The notes beneath the pieces are model-generated. The model saw nothing but the letters and a program-made list of their open reading frames with translations. It made no database searches and was not told where the DNA came from. From a bacterium (lineage in GTDB: Bacteria; Electryoneota; JAOADG01): DNA of 64,000 nucleotides. Positions within the stretch are counted from its first letter, which is position 1. Each line of letters starts with the position of its first letter. Shown one piece after another: positions 61,948 through 64,000 of this stretch. The translations under genes were made by a program, and so were the position numbers. Location of the stretch: the NCBI GenBank assembly GCA_963681965.1, contig OY820579.1:3808001-3872000 (forward strand), given 5' to 3'.

Positions 61948-63438
61948 GTGGCAGAAAAATTCCAGAACTTTATCGATGGCGAATGGTGTGATGCGAAATC
62001 CGGCAACACCTTCGAAAACCGCAATCCCGCCGACTGGTCCGACTTGATCGGAACCTTCCCGAAGAGTAGCGCCGAAGAAGTCGACCGTGCCATCACCGCC
62101 GCCAAGCGCGCATTCAACGAATGGCGTCTGATGCCGGCACCGGCACGCGGCAATATTCTGAAAAAAGTCGGCGACCTCATGACCGAACGGAAAGAGTTCC
62201 TCGCCCGCGAAATGACCCGCGAAATGGGTAAAGTGTTGAAGGAAACCCGCGGCGACGTGCAGGAAGGGATCGATACCGCCTACTATGCCGCCAGCGAAAC
62301 CCGCCGTCTGTTCGGTCTCAATGCCCCCTCCGAATTGCCGAACAAATACAATCTGTCGATGCGACAGCCGCTTGGCGTCGTCGGTGTCATCACCCCCTGG
62401 AATTTCCCGATGGCAATTCCGACCTGGAAAATTTTCCCGGCATTGGCATGCGGTAACACCGTCGTGTTCAAGCCCGCATCCGATACGCCGCGCACTGCGA
62501 CTGAACTAGTGAAGATTCTCGCCGAAGCCGGTGTGCCGAAAGGCGTGATCAATATCGTCCACGGCGGCGGTTCAGTAGTCGGTAATGCGATCGTGAACGA
62601 TCCGCGCGTCGCCGCAATCACCTTTACCGGTGGCAGCGATGTCGGCAAGAGCATCAACGAGAAAGCCGGCAAGACGCTCAAGCGCGTATCGCTCGAGCTC
62701 GGCGGCAAGAACGCCGTGATCGTGATGAATGACGCCGATCTCGACCTCGCACTCGAAGCCGTGCTGTGGGGTGCGTTCGGTACGACCGGACAGCGTTGCA
62801 CCGCGACCTCGCGGGTGATCATTCAGTCGGGCGTGCACGACAAATTCCTCAAGATGGTGGTCGATGCGGCGAACAAACTGAAGCTCGGCAATGGTCTCGA
62901 CGAGAGCAATCAGGTCGGTCCGTGTGTCAGCGAAGCGCAGCGCGAATCGGTTCATGCCTATACCTTGATCGGTTTGAACGAAGATAAGGCGAAGCTCGAA
63001 TGCGGCGGCGAAGCGGCGCTCGGCGGCGATTTGGACAAGGGTTGGTTCTACAAACCGACGATTTTCTCCGGCATCAAACCGGGTATGCGACTCGAGCAGG
63101 AAGAAGTGTTCGGACCGGTATTGTCCGTGATCAAATCGGAAACATTGGAAGAGTCGATCAAGATTCTGAATGACACCGTGTACGGTCTGTCCAGCTCGAT
63201 TTTCACGCGCGACGTGAATGCGGCGATGACGGCGATCCGCGATATCGAAGCGGGGATTGTGTACATCAACGGCGCTACGATCGGTGCCGAAGCGCACATG
63301 CCGTTCGGCGGCGTGAAGGAAACCGGCAATGGTCACCGTGAAGGTGGCTGGACGGTATACGACTTCTTCTCCGAGTGGAAGACCGTGTATATCGATTTCT
63401 CCGGCAAACTGCAGAAGGCGCAGATCGATAACAACTAG
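61948..63438 (+). CDS. NAD(P)-dependent aldehyde dehydrogenase
   Basis: GTG start with AAGGAG RBS; ITPWNFP, FTGG, LELGGKN, GQRCTA, EEVFGPV, PFGGVK. Confidence 0.95.
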   Translation: MAEKFQNFIDGEWCDAKSGNTFENRNPADWSDLIGTFPKSSAEEVDRAITAAKRAFNEWRLMPAPARGNILKKVGDLMTERKEFLAREMTREMGKVLKETRGDVQEGIDTAYYAASETRRLFGLNAPSELPNKYNLSMRQPLGVVGVITPWNFPMAIPTWKIFPALACGNTVVFKPASDTPRTATELVKILAEAGVPKGVINIVHGGGSVVGNAIVNDPRVAAITFTGGSDVGKSINEKAGKTLKRVSLELGGKNAVIVMNDADLDLALEAVLWGAFGTTGQRCTATSRVIIQSGVHDKFLKMVVDAANKLKLGNGLDESNQVGPCVSEAQRESVHAYTLIGLNEDKAKLECGGEAALGGDLDKGWFYKPTIFSGIKPGMRLEQEEVFGPVLSVIKSETLEESIKILNDTVYGLSSSIFTRDVNAAMTAIRDIEAGIVYINGATIGAEAHMPFGGVKETGNGHREGGWTVYDFFSEWKTVYIDFSGKLQKAQIDNN

Positions 63439-63477
63439 GTGGTAGGTTGTAGGTCGTAGGTTTTAGGTGGTAAAATG

Positions 63478-63510
63478 ACCCCCCGCTTCGGATAGAGGCG
63501 GGGGGTTTTT
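63478..63510 (+). terminator. Rho-independent terminator
   Basis: C-run/CGC stem pairing with GCGGGGGG, followed by a T-tract. Confidence 0.75.
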
Positions 63511-63604
63511 GATTTATTTTTGTTTCGATATTCCGACTCTGAATTGTATCGCGACGACAGATCTAGAAACGGGATAGTTATATACTCGCAAAGCTACACC
63601 AATT

Positions 63605-64000
63605 TGTCGTTGCGAGGAACGAAGGGCGTCCGCCGGCTGGCGGATGCGACCGAAGTGACGAAGCAATCTATTTTTTCATAAAACGACAAATCAAGATAAA
63701 AAAGATACCAGAAGATTACCTTCGGTGAGCCCTTAGGGGTTGCTTCGTCTCTTCGCTACGGAAGTGCTGCGCACGTTCCTACGCTGCGTTCCTCGCAACG
63801 ATAGAACAGGATACAGGATTTTAAAAAAAAAGATACCCGAAGATTGCTTCGTCATTCCACTTCGTAAATGCTCCGCATGTTACTTCGTTCCATTCCTCGC
63901 AACGACAGATCAGGATACAAGATATAAAAAGATACACAAGATTACCTTCGGTGAGCCCTTCGGGGTTGCTTCGTCTCTTCGCTACGGAAGTGCTGCGCAC
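63605..64000. repeat. TGTC-type REP-like array running off the window end
   Basis: TGTCGTTGCGAGG...GAAGCAATC; GATTACCTTCGGTGAGCCCTT.GGGGTTGCTTCG twice; GATTGCTTCG...CCTCGCAACGAC. Confidence 0.85.

Overview
Bacterial chromosomal window, probably from an FCB-group-like lineage (inferred from many secreted proteins ending in a T9SS type-A 'YPNPFN...KxxxxK' C-terminal domain). It holds a few housekeeping genes (rsmD, tolQ/tolR/tolA-like, ssb-like, an aldehyde dehydrogenase, a two-component pair). It also holds expanded paralog families: five BNR/T9SS proteins, three WD40 lipoproteins and four tandem membrane proteins. Two things stand out. (1) A minus-strand operon, TusA-like / DsrE / TusA-OsmC fusion / core MetE-like enzyme, in which the MetE-like gene is split only by an in-frame TGA (26406-26408) followed by a bacterial-SECIS-like hairpin. 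This is probably a selenoprotein (TFMU) within a sulfur/selenium relay. (2) A very heavy load of GTAG- and TGTC-type REP-like palindromes, roughly 8-9 kb by my boundaries. They form mosaic tandem arrays, flank secreted-protein genes as direct repeats, sit in-frame inside an SBBP/T9SS gene, and in one intergenic array carry a 13-codon fragment of a paralog of that gene. I saw no transposase, CRISPR array, rRNA or tRNA. All family calls come from motif recognition by eye, not from database searches.
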